Part shown: positions 1 to 9,185 of the stretch, in pieces
How positions within the stretch are numbered: the first letter of the stretch is position 1
Layout: each line of letters begins with the position of its first letter
Virus record (IMG/VR): IMGVR_UViG_3300042562_002309
Span: 1 to 62,922 of that record
DNA from: a virus
Lineage: Duplodnaviria > Caudoviricetes
Direction: 5' to 3' (one strand)
Length of the DNA stretch: 62,922 nucleotides
Notes under the pieces: model-generated
The model's input: the letters and a program-made list of their open reading frames with translations, nothing else
Database searches by the model: none
What the model was told of the DNA's origin: nothing
Translations under genes and position numbers: made by a program

Positions 1-45
1 ATGGCTAAACTACATATTCAGATCTTCTACTAATCCACCTCCAAA

Positions 46-414
46 ATGATTCATGATTTTAAGAGAGCCGGCCGCGATGCAATACGAAGGTATATCCTTG
101 CTCGACAATGTCTGGAAAGGAAAGCAATGATGTGCAAATCAACACACAGAGTCGATGCAGTTAAGAGAGTCATATATCAGCACGAGAAGACTATGAACCC
201 TCATTACGACATAAATCCAGAAATACTTCTCGATCCTGGAACGATAGGCGGTTCGGGTCGGCATCACATCAAATACAAAGTAGAGTATATCTCTAAGTTA
301 GATTCTAAATGGAGAAACTGGTATGACAAAGAAATCGACATTGATATCGAAAAGACCATTGTAGAATATCGAGATATTAGATTAGAAGAAATATTGAAAG
401 AGTCGGATGAATAG
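46..414 (+). CDS. hypothetical protein with C-terminal RDxxLxxIL tag
   Basis: 122-aa ORF; ATG overlaps the TGA of an upstream ORF entering the window; ends YRDIRLEEIL. Confidence 0.7.
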   Translation: MIHDFKRAGRDAIRRYILARQCLERKAMMCKSTHRVDAVKRVIYQHEKTMNPHYDINPEILLDPGTIGGSGRHHIKYKVEYISKLDSKWRNWYDKEIDIDIEKTIVEYRDIRLEEILKESDE

Positions 415-426
415 TCCGACTTTTTA
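401..426. terminator. intrinsic terminator between convergent genes
   Basis: AGTCGGA-loop-TCCGACT followed by T run. Confidence 0.6.
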
Positions 427-858
427 TTTTACAGGAAACCCGTAGTCCAACCAACCAGCAACTGGTATTCCTTCAACCGGAGAAACACCCATTCCAAATT
501 TTAAAGATATTACATCATATCCCAATAGTTTTAGTGATACCAACATTTGACTCGATGTGTGTCCAACATAGCAGATAAGAACAATTCTCTTATCCTTAGG
601 AAGCTTTTCTAAATTTTCAAGTAAGTCTTTCCAAAATATATTCTTTGCACCTTTGATATGACCAGACTTAAAGTCTTCAGACTTTCTTATATCCAACAAA
701 AAGTATTTACTTGGATCTTTATCCAAATCCTTTTTAAGATCCGGTGGGGTTATGTAGTTCCAGTTTTTATCAACCTCTTCCATATACGCTTTTAGTGAAG
801 TGAGTATGTAATCATTCTCTAAATCATCCTTTGCCTCAAAAAATTTTAAATGTTTCAT
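424..858 (-). CDS. rhodanese-like domain protein (putative sulfurtransferase) with MKHLKFFE leader
   Basis: LLDIR..DF..GHIKGAKNI and active-site loop ICYVGHTS; G...W at C-terminus. Confidence 0.85.
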   Translation of the reverse strand: MKHLKFFEAKDDLENDYILTSLKAYMEEVDKNWNYITPPDLKKDLDKDPSKYFLLDIRKSEDFKSGHIKGAKNIFWKDLLENLEKLPKDKRIVLICYVGHTSSQMLVSLKLLGYDVISLKFGMGVSPVEGIPVAGWLDYGFPVK

Positions 859-1085
859 TCCTTCATCTTTTGTTTTCTATCCGACCAAATGTGGTACATA
901 TTTACTACGATAACCATCGAGTTTAAAAGTATTAGTGGCATTCTTCCGTGATAGAAAGCGTAGAATAAAAATATCACACATCCTACATTGTTTAGAATTC
1001 TAAGCAGTGTCACATTTTTCGTACAAAAGCTAATCAAAATTATTACCGATGCCATATAAGCCATTATTTCCATGAAATTTTCCAT
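855..1085 (-). CDS. small membrane protein (YgjV-like)
   Basis: three hydrophobic segments, LRILNNVGC..F..Y pattern. Confidence 0.6.
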   Translation of the reverse strand: MENFMEIMAYMASVIILISFCTKNVTLLRILNNVGCVIFLFYAFYHGRMPLILLNSMVIVVNMYHIWSDRKQKMKE

Positions 1086-1129
1086 ATGTTATATATTAAA
1101 TTTGAAATCCAATATTAAATTTCATATCT

Positions 1130-1624
1130 TTGTTAAAACATAAACAACGTTTTTTTATAAATACTCTTATGTTTATAAATGAAGTTATGGCACTTCTAAC
1201 GATACTGCCAAAGGTATTGGTCGCTACTATATGTGGTTGTTTGGTTGGGTGGGAAAGAGAAAAAAGAAATAAAGTTGCTGGTATAAGAACTAATATACTA
1301 ATATGTGTAGGATCTTGTATATTTACTATTACTTCTTTTTTGGCGGCACCGTATTATAGTTTATCAGATCCAACAAGAATATTGTCGACAATAGTCACAG
1401 GAATTGGATTCTTAGGAGCAGGTGCGATTATACAGAATAAAGATAAAATAACAGGACTAACTACCGCGGCATTTATATGGACTATTTCTGCAGTAGGAAT
1501 ATTGTGTGGAATGGGATTGACTTTAACTCCGATAGTACTTACTATAGGACTTATCTCAATATCACACTACTTCGAAAAAGTAGAACGATGGATAAAAAAA
1601 GATACAGAGAATGATAGAGATTGA
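1130..1624 (+). CDS. MgtC/SapB family membrane protein (true start probably ATG 1169 or 1187)
   Basis: GWERE..K.AGIRT, DPTRI...IVTGIGFLGAG.I, GLTTAA.IW motifs. Confidence 0.9.
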   Translation: MLKHKQRFFINTLMFINEVMALLTILPKVLVATICGCLVGWEREKRNKVAGIRTNILICVGSCIFTITSFLAAPYYSLSDPTRILSTIVTGIGFLGAGAIIQNKDKITGLTTAAFIWTISAVGILCGMGLTLTPIVLTIGLISISHYFEKVERWIKKDTENDRD

Positions 1625-2108
1625 AAGAAAGTTTTTACTAAAATCGATTCCGGATGTAAAGCCATCCGAGACTATAAAAATAAATCAATGGTATCTTAAA
1701 GTAGATGGTATTTGGGAAAGAGCAAGATCGATGGATTCCAATGTCTATGGAATCAAATGGGTCCATACCGTAAAGACACGAATTTCCGAAATATCAAATA
1801 TAGAAGAAGAGCGAGACTTATCTAAGGATGAGTTTGACGACTTTGTAAAAAGATGTAAAGATGCCAATATGAATGCAAGATATATTAAAAAACAAAGGCG
1901 TATTTATCCAGACGGAGAACTAAAATGGGAAGTGGACGTATTCTCTCTAAAATGTCATATCATAGTTGCCGAAATAGAAATACCTACGGAAGACTATGAT
2001 TTGCGGATTCCTGACTTTATACAGAAAAAAAATTTATTGGAGGTAACCGGCCTGAAGCAATTCAGTAATAGAAGTCTTTCCAATCGAGTCAAATCAAACT
2101 TTCGATAA
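1611..2108 (+). CDS. CYTH domain (triphosphate tunnel metalloenzyme) protein
   Basis: N-terminal EIERKFL, K.R..Y, WEVDVF, AEIE, EVTG...SN. Confidence 0.85.
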   Translation: MIEIERKFLLKSIPDVKPSETIKINQWYLKVDGIWERARSMDSNVYGIKWVHTVKTRISEISNIEEERDLSKDEFDDFVKRCKDANMNARYIKKQRRIYPDGELKWEVDVFSLKCHIIVAEIEIPTEDYDLRIPDFIQKKNLLEVTGLKQFSNRSLSNRVKSNFR

Positions 2109-2126
2109 TTTCAATATATAAAATCT

Positions 2127-2711
2127 ATGGAAAGAAAATTAGAATTACGTATGTATGGATTCGTGCCCTACAATATATCGGAGATACAAAAAGCTATACA
2201 ATTTGGGCATTCCGTAGTAGAATACGGACAGATGGTCAAGCACAATCTAAATGAAACTACTATTGGTGAGCTATACGACGACTGGGCAGACAACTGGAAA
2301 ACTTTCATTATTCTAAATGGTGGCACTAGTAATCATATTGATCCTGAATATATAGGATCGATGGAAAGTATTTTAGAAGAGTTGAAAACCAATAACGTTA
2401 CTTTGTCAACTTTTAATGAACCGGATTTGAACGACATGCTTTCCGCGATAACGTTCATCATAGACGAAAGAGTTTTTAATAGAAAAGACTATCCAGACTT
2501 TGGTGATTGGGTTATGGTAAATCATTTCTCATATCTTAGAGACAACATGATAAATAGTGGCAAGATTGAAAAGATGAGAAAGGAAGGATATTTTATTGGT
2601 GGAAACGATAGAGAACGGAAGATATATTCTGACTGGACTGATTTTGTTGGTGGTGAGAAGAACGTCTTTCTTAGAGATTTTTTGAATCCAAACAAAGTAA
2701 AATTGGCATAA
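2127..2711 (+). CDS. peptidyl-tRNA hydrolase Pth2-like phage protein
   Basis: QKAIQFGH, KTFIILNGG, FNEPDLND.LSAI motifs of the Pth2 fold. Confidence 0.6.
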   Translation: MERKLELRMYGFVPYNISEIQKAIQFGHSVVEYGQMVKHNLNETTIGELYDDWADNWKTFIILNGGTSNHIDPEYIGSMESILEELKTNNVTLSTFNEPDLNDMLSAITFIIDERVFNRKDYPDFGDWVMVNHFSYLRDNMINSGKIEKMRKEGYFIGGNDRERKIYSDWTDFVGGEKNVFLRDFLNPNKVKLA

Positions 2712-3049
2712 TGAACAACTGGTTGAAAATAGCCAATGACACGTTCTATGTAAAGGAATGTGACGTACAGCTCTCATTCGAGAAATGGGCTATTCTATAC
2801 CTTACTCTGGATATAAGCGCATATCCGAAATACTACGATGACTTTATAAATATATACGAAGGAAGAAAGTCATTTGACATATACACTGTTAAGTTTGCCG
2901 CTCAGAATTGTAGGATAAAAACTATGGACATAGACTTTGGTAAGAAGATTTCTATGAGCATTAGATGTGAAAACTTAGATGCACATAATATATCAGAACG
3001 AAGAGACGAACTTATCAATGATATACTAAGCTTTAAAATTATATTTTAA
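2711..3049 (+). CDS. hypothetical protein with C-terminal RDxxIxxIL tag
   Basis: coupled ORF (TAATG); ends RRDELINDIL. Confidence 0.7.
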   Translation: MNNWLKIANDTFYVKECDVQLSFEKWAILYLTLDISAYPKYYDDFINIYEGRKSFDIYTVKFAAQNCRIKTMDIDFGKKISMSIRCENLDAHNISERRDELINDILSFKIIF

Positions 3050-3133
3050 TTTATCATAACCTTTGTCAGTTAAATATATTTGATTTCTTTTTTAATATTA
3101 AATATTAATATATAAAGAAACAATATTTTTAAG

Positions 3134-3916
3134 ATGGCAGACGAATACGTACCATACCAAGGAGGACTTACGATAGACGAATTTATCGATAGTATCAACA
3201 CAGAGCTTACAATAGGTTGTTCACTTCCTAGAACATTACCAGATGCTATGATCCGGCAGATAGTAGAAAAAAGAGCGTTGCCTTGGTTCTATAGATCTTA
3301 TCAATATGCCGTTCAGAAATTGTATTTTTTGATTAAAAAAGAGGCCTTCACCAGTGAAGAGTTTACGAAGTACAACTATGTTCAGGTTCCTTGTGAGATA
3401 CAATCGGTAATATACCTCTATGAGGTTAGAGGTACCAGTCTTTTCCAATTAGGTATAAATACTCCTAACCTTTCTGTAAACCTTGGTGTTACGAATCAAC
3501 CATACTTATCTTCATATGTTACAACAATCGGTGAGTTGGGTATGTACAAAACTTTGCTGGATAACATGTCGGACATGCTAAACCAGTTGAACAAATACAC
3601 ATTGAAGTACCAGTTCAACCAGTTGAACCATAGACTACACATATTAACAAATGTTAAGTATGACGTGATTATGGAAGCTTATGCCAACATACCACAGGAA
3701 AATCTATTCAATGATGATTTGTTCTTCAAATATTGTGTAGGATATGCCAAACAAGCATTGGGAAATATGGTCGGAAGGTATACGTTCACTTTGCCGGGTG
3801 GTGTCACGATCAATGCGAATGATTTGGTTTCTCAAGGAAAAGAAGAAGTTAAAGAAGTTGAAGAGGAAGTGAAAGGTCAAAGTAATTCTAGTTTCTTTTT
3901 CATGATCAAAAAGTAG
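3134..3916 (+). CDS. T4 gp13-like neck/head-tail adaptor protein
   Basis: C-terminal KY.V.YAK..LG..VG.Y..TLPGGVTIN...L...GKEE...EEE signature; late promoter upstream. Confidence 0.7.
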   Translation: MADEYVPYQGGLTIDEFIDSINTELTIGCSLPRTLPDAMIRQIVEKRALPWFYRSYQYAVQKLYFLIKKEAFTSEEFTKYNYVQVPCEIQSVIYLYEVRGTSLFQLGINTPNLSVNLGVTNQPYLSSYVTTIGELGMYKTLLDNMSDMLNQLNKYTLKYQFNQLNHRLHILTNVKYDVIMEAYANIPQENLFNDDLFFKYCVGYAKQALGNMVGRYTFTLPGGVTINANDLVSQGKEEVKEVEEEVKGQSNSSFFFMIKK

Positions 3917-3952
3917 TTTACCAGGGAGTGTTAAAAAGTTTATATATAGTAT

Positions 3953-4693
3953 ATGGAAGAAATTAAATATACTATTTACAAACTTATTGATCCTTTAACC
4001 AACGAGACACGTTATATAGGATTGACATTTAATGATTTGAAACAAAGATTGAGATCACATTGTAGTGAGAATTCAAAATCACACAAATCAAATTGGATAA
4101 AAAAACTTAAATCAGAAGGAGTTAAGCCAATAATAGAATCGATTGAGGATAATATATCATCATATGATGAATGTTGTGAAAGAGAGATATTCTATATTGA
4201 GAAGTTCAAGTTAGATGGACATCGTCTTACAAATTCTGCAACAGGAGGTAATAAGAATAAGAAGATGTCCGATGAAACTAGGAAAAAAATGTCCGAATCA
4301 CATATCGAAAGATATAAGACTTACAAAATGGTACATTCTGAAGAAACTAAAGTATTATTGAGTAAAAGAGCTAAAGAAAAATTTGAAAATGAGTCGGAAC
4401 GTGATAAATTAAGAATATCCAATAAAAGATATGAAGATTCTAAAACGGATGAGCAAAGACTAAAGGATATTTTAATACAAAAATGCAAAACGGTTTATCA
4501 ATATGACAAAAAAATGAATCTAATCAACACATATCCATCTATAAATAATGCCGCAAAAATAAATAAAATATCCAATAGTAATATAACTAAATGTTGTCAG
4601 AAAAAAGTAGCGGCAGTTGGGGGTTTTGTATGGAGATATGAAGGTGATTTAACACCACCGACATATAAATACAAAAATGTTTCTGAAATTTAA
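3953..4693 (+). CDS. GIY-YIG homing endonuclease with NUMOD3/NUMOD1-type DNA-binding repeats
   Basis: TIYKL..RYIGLT..L.QR..SH; MSDETRKKMSE, HSEETK; VYQYD..Y.SI..AA...I..CC...GGFVWRY. Confidence 0.85.
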   Translation: MEEIKYTIYKLIDPLTNETRYIGLTFNDLKQRLRSHCSENSKSHKSNWIKKLKSEGVKPIIESIEDNISSYDECCEREIFYIEKFKLDGHRLTNSATGGNKNKKMSDETRKKMSESHIERYKTYKMVHSEETKVLLSKRAKEKFENESERDKLRISNKRYEDSKTDEQRLKDILIQKCKTVYQYDKKMNLINTYPSINNAAKINKISNSNITKCCQKKVAAVGGFVWRYEGDLTPPTYKYKNVSEI

Positions 4694-4706
4694 TATATAA
4701 AATAGA

Positions 4707-4817
4707 ATGATGCTTAGATACGAACAACTTAATGAAAAAAAAATGTGGTACGTCGTGATTGGAATAGACAAAAGGTCTAAACTAACTAGAGAAGAAATAC
4801 AAAATTTAATATCATGA
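4707..4817 (+). CDS. 36-aa ORF MMLRYEQLNEKK... (not in ORF track; possibly a truncated remnant)
   Basis: directly after TAATATATA (4691-4699); carries the N-terminal leader motif; stop overlaps next ATG. Confidence 0.4.
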   Translation: MMLRYEQLNEKKMWYVVIGIDKRSKLTREEIQNLIS

Positions 4818-5443
4818 AATACTTAAAGAGATATAACGAAAATTTTAAAGGTTTTGCTAATGTTGATACTAGTCAAGATGCTTTCAATAGATGTCAAAAC
4901 TTATCAGAGGACGAATTCTTAAAAATATTAAGAGAAAATTGTAAAAACTTTTCACTTAGTAATGACCTTTTATATAGAAATAAAGAATATTCTGGTGATT
5001 TTCAGTTATTTAAACCATATAAAAGAAGAACAAACCCAGCAACTTTTCCAAAATTCTTTAATGGAATAGAGGATGATTCAAACTACCCGGTTAAAAGAAA
5101 GTTATCTTTGATAGGTGGTACAAATCCATCATTCATATCAGAGTTAGATCCGGATTTAGCGGTTTATATAGTTATACCGTTTGATAATTCTAAGATTGTT
5201 TTTTGTCCGGTTCCGGATTTATTATTTTTAGACGATAGAACAAAAGAAGAATATGTGAGTGGTGAGCCAGTTAGTGATAAAAATTTTGTGATGGTTGAAT
5301 ATACAAAAGACTTTAAAATTCCTGAGGAAGATTTAAGTAAACTACCCGGTCATAAATCCTCTCATTCGGGTTATGAGTTTTTTACATCCAGTAATTGTTT
5401 ACTAATTCATGAATCATATATAGATATTTTAAACCAAATTTAA
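4814..5443 (+). CDS. hypothetical protein with MKYLKRYNE leader
   Basis: 209-aa ORF followed by a bidirectional terminator. Confidence 0.75.
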   Translation: MKYLKRYNENFKGFANVDTSQDAFNRCQNLSEDEFLKILRENCKNFSLSNDLLYRNKEYSGDFQLFKPYKRRTNPATFPKFFNGIEDDSNYPVKRKLSLIGGTNPSFISELDPDLAVYIVIPFDNSKIVFCPVPDLLFLDDRTKEEYVSGEPVSDKNFVMVEYTKDFKIPEEDLSKLPGHKSSHSGYEFFTSSNCLLIHESYIDILNQI

Positions 5444-5446
5444 ATT

Positions 5447-5478
5447 AAAAAAACCAGTCAATCGACTGGGTTTTTTTA
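5447..5478. terminator. bidirectional intrinsic terminator
   Basis: A-run CCAGTC-AATC-GACTGG T-run between convergent genes. Confidence 0.7.
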
Positions 5479-5500
5479 TTTCATCTATTCTCATTTGTCG

Positions 5501-5710
5501 TCATTCTTCTAAGGTTACGAAATATCTTACATCTTGAAGCTCATAGTAAGGCATGTGCCTGAGTCCTTTATCGTTGGTGAAATCTATGATGTTTCCAAAC
5601 TGATCCATTAGAACCACGTACTTTTTTCCGTATGTAAAGCTTTCACAATAGCTGACGCAGACAATGATATCACCTCTTTTGAGTAGTTTAGTAGAAGATG
5701 TATTTTTCAT
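5501..5710 (-). CDS. hypothetical protein, probably truncated by a premature TGA
   Basis: 69-aa ORF; in-frame continuation after TGA reads RQMRIDEI (C-terminal tag). Confidence 0.6.
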   Translation of the reverse strand: MKNTSSTKLLKRGDIIVCVSYCESFTYGKKYVVLMDQFGNIIDFTNDKGLRHMPYYELQDVRYFVTLEE

Positions 5711-6002
5711 CCTCTTTGATGCAATAGATTGAGATAGGATATATTCTCAAATCGTCGTTGCTTTCGTCAATCATGAATCTCATGGCACCATCTATAATCT
5801 CAGGGTTGATTATTTTTATAGTAGCATGGTGAAGACCTTTTAATACCGTATAGGAAATTTCATCCATTTCTTCGGTAAGGACCATATAGTTTTCCTTTCC
5901 TTGTATTTTACCATTCAATCCTTCGATAAAGTATGTCTTTTCGATTATTGACCTTAGAGCGTCTGTTGCCGAGCACTCTACTTTAATTTCATGTTTTACC
6001 AT
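5688..6002 (-). CDS. hypothetical protein
   Basis: 104-aa ORF in a minus-strand run. Confidence 0.65.
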   Translation of the reverse strand: MVKHEIKVECSATDALRSIIEKTYFIEGLNGKIQGKENYMVLTEEMDEISYTVLKGLHHATIKIINPEIIDGAMRFMIDESNDDLRIYPISIYCIKEDEKYIFY

Positions 6003-6052
6003 TTCAGTTTATTTAGTTATTACGATATTTGTATTGATAAAGATAAAAAAGT

Positions 6053-6262
6053 TTAGCTATGATAGACGATATTTATAGATGTTATCTCATGGTCGTCAAA
6101 TGGGTATAGTTCTTTGAATAGTTCATATCCTTCATGTGAAGAATAGTTGTCGAACCCTTTGTTTATCTTTTTTATTATTGGAATAAGAGAATTTATCTGC
6201 GTGTTCGTCACTTCAATCTTTTGACGATTATCCTCTGTGTCTATTATTAAAAAACCTCTCAT
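6053..6262 (-). CDS. hypothetical protein
   Basis: 69-aa ORF with TATATA element upstream. Confidence 0.55.
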   Translation of the reverse strand: MRGFLIIDTEDNRQKIEVTNTQINSLIPIIKKINKGFDNYSSHEGYELFKELYPFDDHEITSINIVYHS

Positions 6263-6297
6263 ATAAGTTTTATTTTTATTTATATATAAGTTTGTTA

Positions 6298-6675
6298 TTA
6301 TGGTAATATATTTTTTATTTCTTCGGAACCATCAGGATTGGCGGAGTGTATTACGTATTCAGGGAATTTAAAACCATTTTCATTACAGAAATTTAACAAA
6401 AACTTAGCACAATGCAATCCAGTATAAACCCGATTTTCATTTAGATCAAACCATTCTTCGAATGGTAGTTCTGCCTTTAGTTCTTCAACGTCTGCCAAGT
6501 CATAATCGAATGCAACCAAATCAGGAACACCATTGTTCTCGATCCATTTTACGAACTGACCATAAGAACGAACGATATCCCATTCTTCGTGATAGATACG
6601 ACAGTCTGTTCTTCGCCACATATAAGTAGCACAATCTATGGGTATCCGCCAATCGTCTAAAAATAACCGTTTCAT
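6298..6675 (-). CDS. cyclic-phosphate-processing receiver-like domain protein
   Basis: LFLDD.R, WDIVRSY..F, PD..FD.DL, TG..CAK.L, IHSANP.G; host-type promoter at 6680-6687. Confidence 0.75.
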   Translation of the reverse strand: MKRLFLDDWRIPIDCATYMWRRTDCRIYHEEWDIVRSYGQFVKWIENNGVPDLVAFDYDLADVEELKAELPFEEWFDLNENRVYTGLHCAKFLLNFCNENGFKFPEYVIHSANPDGSEEIKNILP

Positions 6676-6715
6676 AGTGCAAACATACGGACAAATTTTA
6701 ATATATATAGTATAA

Positions 6716-6815
6716 GAACCGGGGGACTATGTCCCACTTTAGGACCGGTATAGTTTCAGCCCCAACGGGTACTATAAGAAAGCCACTGAATTCGCTACTC
6801 GGTGGCTTTCGCTTT
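6716..6815 (+). ncRNA. candidate structured small RNA
   Basis: GC-rich non-coding island just after TAATATATA (6699-6707); stems ACCGG/CCGGT, GGGAC/GTCCC, TATAGT/ACTATA, GAAAGCCACTGA/TCGGTGGCTTTC. Confidence 0.5.
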
Positions 6816-6847
6816 ATAATATATATTGGGTGTTACTGATGTTACCA

Positions 6848-7085
6848 ATGGATAAGTCCAATCATATTATATACGGACTAATAATCTTTATAATATTTTA
6901 TTTTATTTTTAAAAAATTAAAAATTAAGAATAGTATAGTAATGACTTTTTTTGTTAACTGTCTATATTTCAATAATAAAAGAAATATTCGACTATCAAAA
7001 TATAAACATGCACACACCCGAAATATACGATGCTATGTGTACTATATTAGGAGCATTATTGGGAGTTATAATAAGTTTGATTTAA
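6848..7085 (+). pseudogene. small membrane protein gene with +1 frameshift in a T7 tract (6946-6952)
   Basis: removing one T gives MDKSNH...MTFLLTVYISIIKEIFDY...TPEIYDAMCTILGALLGVIISLI, a coherent DK..H / KE..D / D...T..G membrane pattern. Confidence 0.6.
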
Positions 7086-7128
7086 ACTTTGGTCTAATTA
7101 ATATATAAAAGAAACAACTAAAACAATT

Positions 7129-8094
7129 ATGGAAAACACAGAACATATTTTAAAAGAAAATCCGGGAAGATTCGTACTTTTTCCGTTGAAGTACCACGAC
7201 ATCTGGGAGATGTATAAGACTGCCGAGCATTCATTTTGGACAGCCGAAGAGATTGACTTAGCTCAAGACTTAACTGACTGGGATGAAAAACTTAATGATG
7301 ACGAAAGACACTACATCAAAAATGTATTGGCATTCTTCGCTGCATCTGATGGTATCGTAAACGAAAACTTAGCAGAGAACTTTGTGAAAGAAGTTCAATA
7401 TCCAGAAGCGAAAAACTTTTACGGTTTTCAAATCGCCATGGAGAACGTTCACTCTGAGACTTACTCTCTTTTGATTGATACTTATATCAAAGATGAAAAA
7501 GAAAAAGATCATTTGTTTAACGCAATCGATACTGTTCCTTCTGTAAAGAAGAAAGCAGATTGGGCTTTAAAGTGGATCGATTCTGAATCATTTGCAGAAC
7601 GTTTAATAGCATTTGCTGCAGTAGAAGGTATCTTCTTCTCAGGATCATTCTGTTCTATCTTCTGGTTAAAGAAAAGAGGTTTAATGCCTGGTTTAGCTTT
7701 CTCAAATGAGTTGATTTCAAGGGATGAAGGTTTACATTGTGAGTTTGCTTGTTTGTTACATAACAAATACATTACAAACAAAGTTAGTCAAGAAAGAATT
7801 ACTCAGATAATAACAGAAGCAGTTGAGATTGAAAAAGAGTTTGTAACAGATTCTTTACCGGTATCTCTTATTGGAATGAACGCAAAGTTGATGCAGCAAT
7901 ACATCGAGTTCGTTGCTGACTATTGGTTAAGTGAACTTGGTTGTAAGAAATTCTATAACGCCGAAAATCCTTTCGACTTTATGGATATGCTTTCTTTGCA
8001 AAACAAATCAAACTTCTTTGAGAAAAGAGTTTCTGAATATCAAAAAGCATCTGACAAGAATATCGACTTCGATAACATGGATGATGACTTCTAA
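7129..8094 (+). CDS. nrdB: ribonucleotide reductase class Ia beta subunit
   Basis: [47 protein letters not shown]. Confidence 0.97.
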   Translation: MENTEHILKENPGRFVLFPLKYHDIWEMYKTAEHSFWTAEEIDLAQDLTDWDEKLNDDERHYIKNVLAFFAASDGIVNENLAENFVKEVQYPEAKNFYGFQIAMENVHSETYSLLIDTYIKDEKEKDHLFNAIDTVPSVKKKADWALKWIDSESFAERLIAFAAVEGIFFSGSFCSIFWLKKRGLMPGLAFSNELISRDEGLHCEFACLLHNKYITNKVSQERITQIITEAVEIEKEFVTDSLPVSLIGMNAKLMQQYIEFVADYWLSELGCKKFYNAENPFDFMDMLSLQNKSNFFEKRVSEYQKASDKNIDFDNMDDDF

Positions 8095-8105
8095 AAAAAT
8101 AAAAT

Positions 8106-9185
8106 ATGATAAACATATACGAACCATACCTAAATAAGGATATTCTAAAATACGCACATGATGCTTTAGATTCCACATGGATATCATCAAATGGTAAATA
8201 TTTGAATCTTGTAAAGGATATGCTTACCGAAAAAAATGAAAGTAAGTACGTATTGTTGTGTAACAATGGGACTACCGCAACACATCTGTTGGCGGTAGGT
8301 CTTAAGCACAAGTACCCAAAGATTAAAAACCTTATTGTTCCCAATAACGTATATGTTGCCGCATGGAATTGTTTTTTGATGAATCCAATGTTCAATCTGA
8401 TTCCAATAGATTCTAATCTAGATACTTGGAACATAGATTTGGAAGTATTGGACAAAACCATACAAAGATATTCGCCAGAGGATACGGCGGTATTGATTGT
8501 TCATAATGTTGGAAACATTGTCAATGTTCCAATGTTGAAGGATAAATACAAAGACTATGTTTTTTTAGAAGACAATTGTGAGGGTTTTTTAGGAGAGTAC
8601 GAAGGATATAAGTCTGGGTCTAAATCTTTCGTATCATCCGTATCATTCTATGGAAACAAAACAATAACGAGTGGTGAAGGCGGAGCGGTGTTTACTGATG
8701 ACGAAGAACTTTTTGAGTTTTTGAATTCTGTCAGAACACAAGGATCGACATCCAAAAAGTTTATCTTTGACAAGCTTGGGTACAACTATAGAATGACGAA
8801 CATTCAGGCCGCCCTACTATATGGACAGATGGAATATCTTGATGAGATATTGGAAAAGAAACAGATTATATTTGATAGATATAGAAGCAATTTGGATGGA
8901 TTTTCTTTTCAAAAGATTGAAGAGAATACCAAGCATTCCAATTGGATGATTGGAATTAATCTTAAAAAGGATATAAAAGATTTGTGTTATAGTTTGTTTC
9001 AACAGGGTGTTGAAACGAGACCTATGTTTCCGCCAATGTCAAAACATTTACATCTTAATAAATATGTTGGTGACGAGACGAATTCAAAAGAGTTGTATAA
9101 TACATGTATAATGCTACCTAGTTATCCAACTCTGAACAAAAAGCAGATAGATTATATATGCAATTTAATAAAAAAAAATAGCTAA
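8106..9185 (+). CDS. DegT/DnrJ/EryC1/StrS PLP aminotransferase (perosamine synthase-like)
   Basis: WISS.G.Y, NNGTTA.HL, EDNCEG, SFYGNKTITSGEGG, GYNYRMTNIQAA, ETRP.F, LPSYP. Confidence 0.9.
   Translation: MINIYEPYLNKDILKYAHDALDSTWISSNGKYLNLVKDMLTEKNESKYVLLCNNGTTATHLLAVGLKHKYPKIKNLIVPNNVYVAAWNCFLMNPMFNLIPIDSNLDTWNIDLEVLDKTIQRYSPEDTAVLIVHNVGNIVNVPMLKDKYKDYVFLEDNCEGFLGEYEGYKSGSKSFVSSVSFYGNKTITSGEGGAVFTDDEELFEFLNSVRTQGSTSKKFIFDKLGYNYRMTNIQAALLYGQMEYLDEILEKKQIIFDRYRSNLDGFSFQKIEENTKHSNWMIGINLKKDIKDLCYSLFQQGVETRPMFPPMSKHLHLNKYVGDETNSKELYNTCIMLPSYPTLNKKQIDYICNLIKKNS

Noticed and set aside
3953-4817. A fourth nuclease-RHH cassette at the first GIY-YIG gene
   Set aside because: The adjacent 36-aa ORF does not match the RHH pattern and no tandem repeat is evident, so the pairing is not universal (3 of 4 nucleases).
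7129-8094. Intron or intein in nrdB or other core genes
   Set aside because: nrdB, dnaK, clpC and the topoisomerase large subunit are continuous and of expected length.
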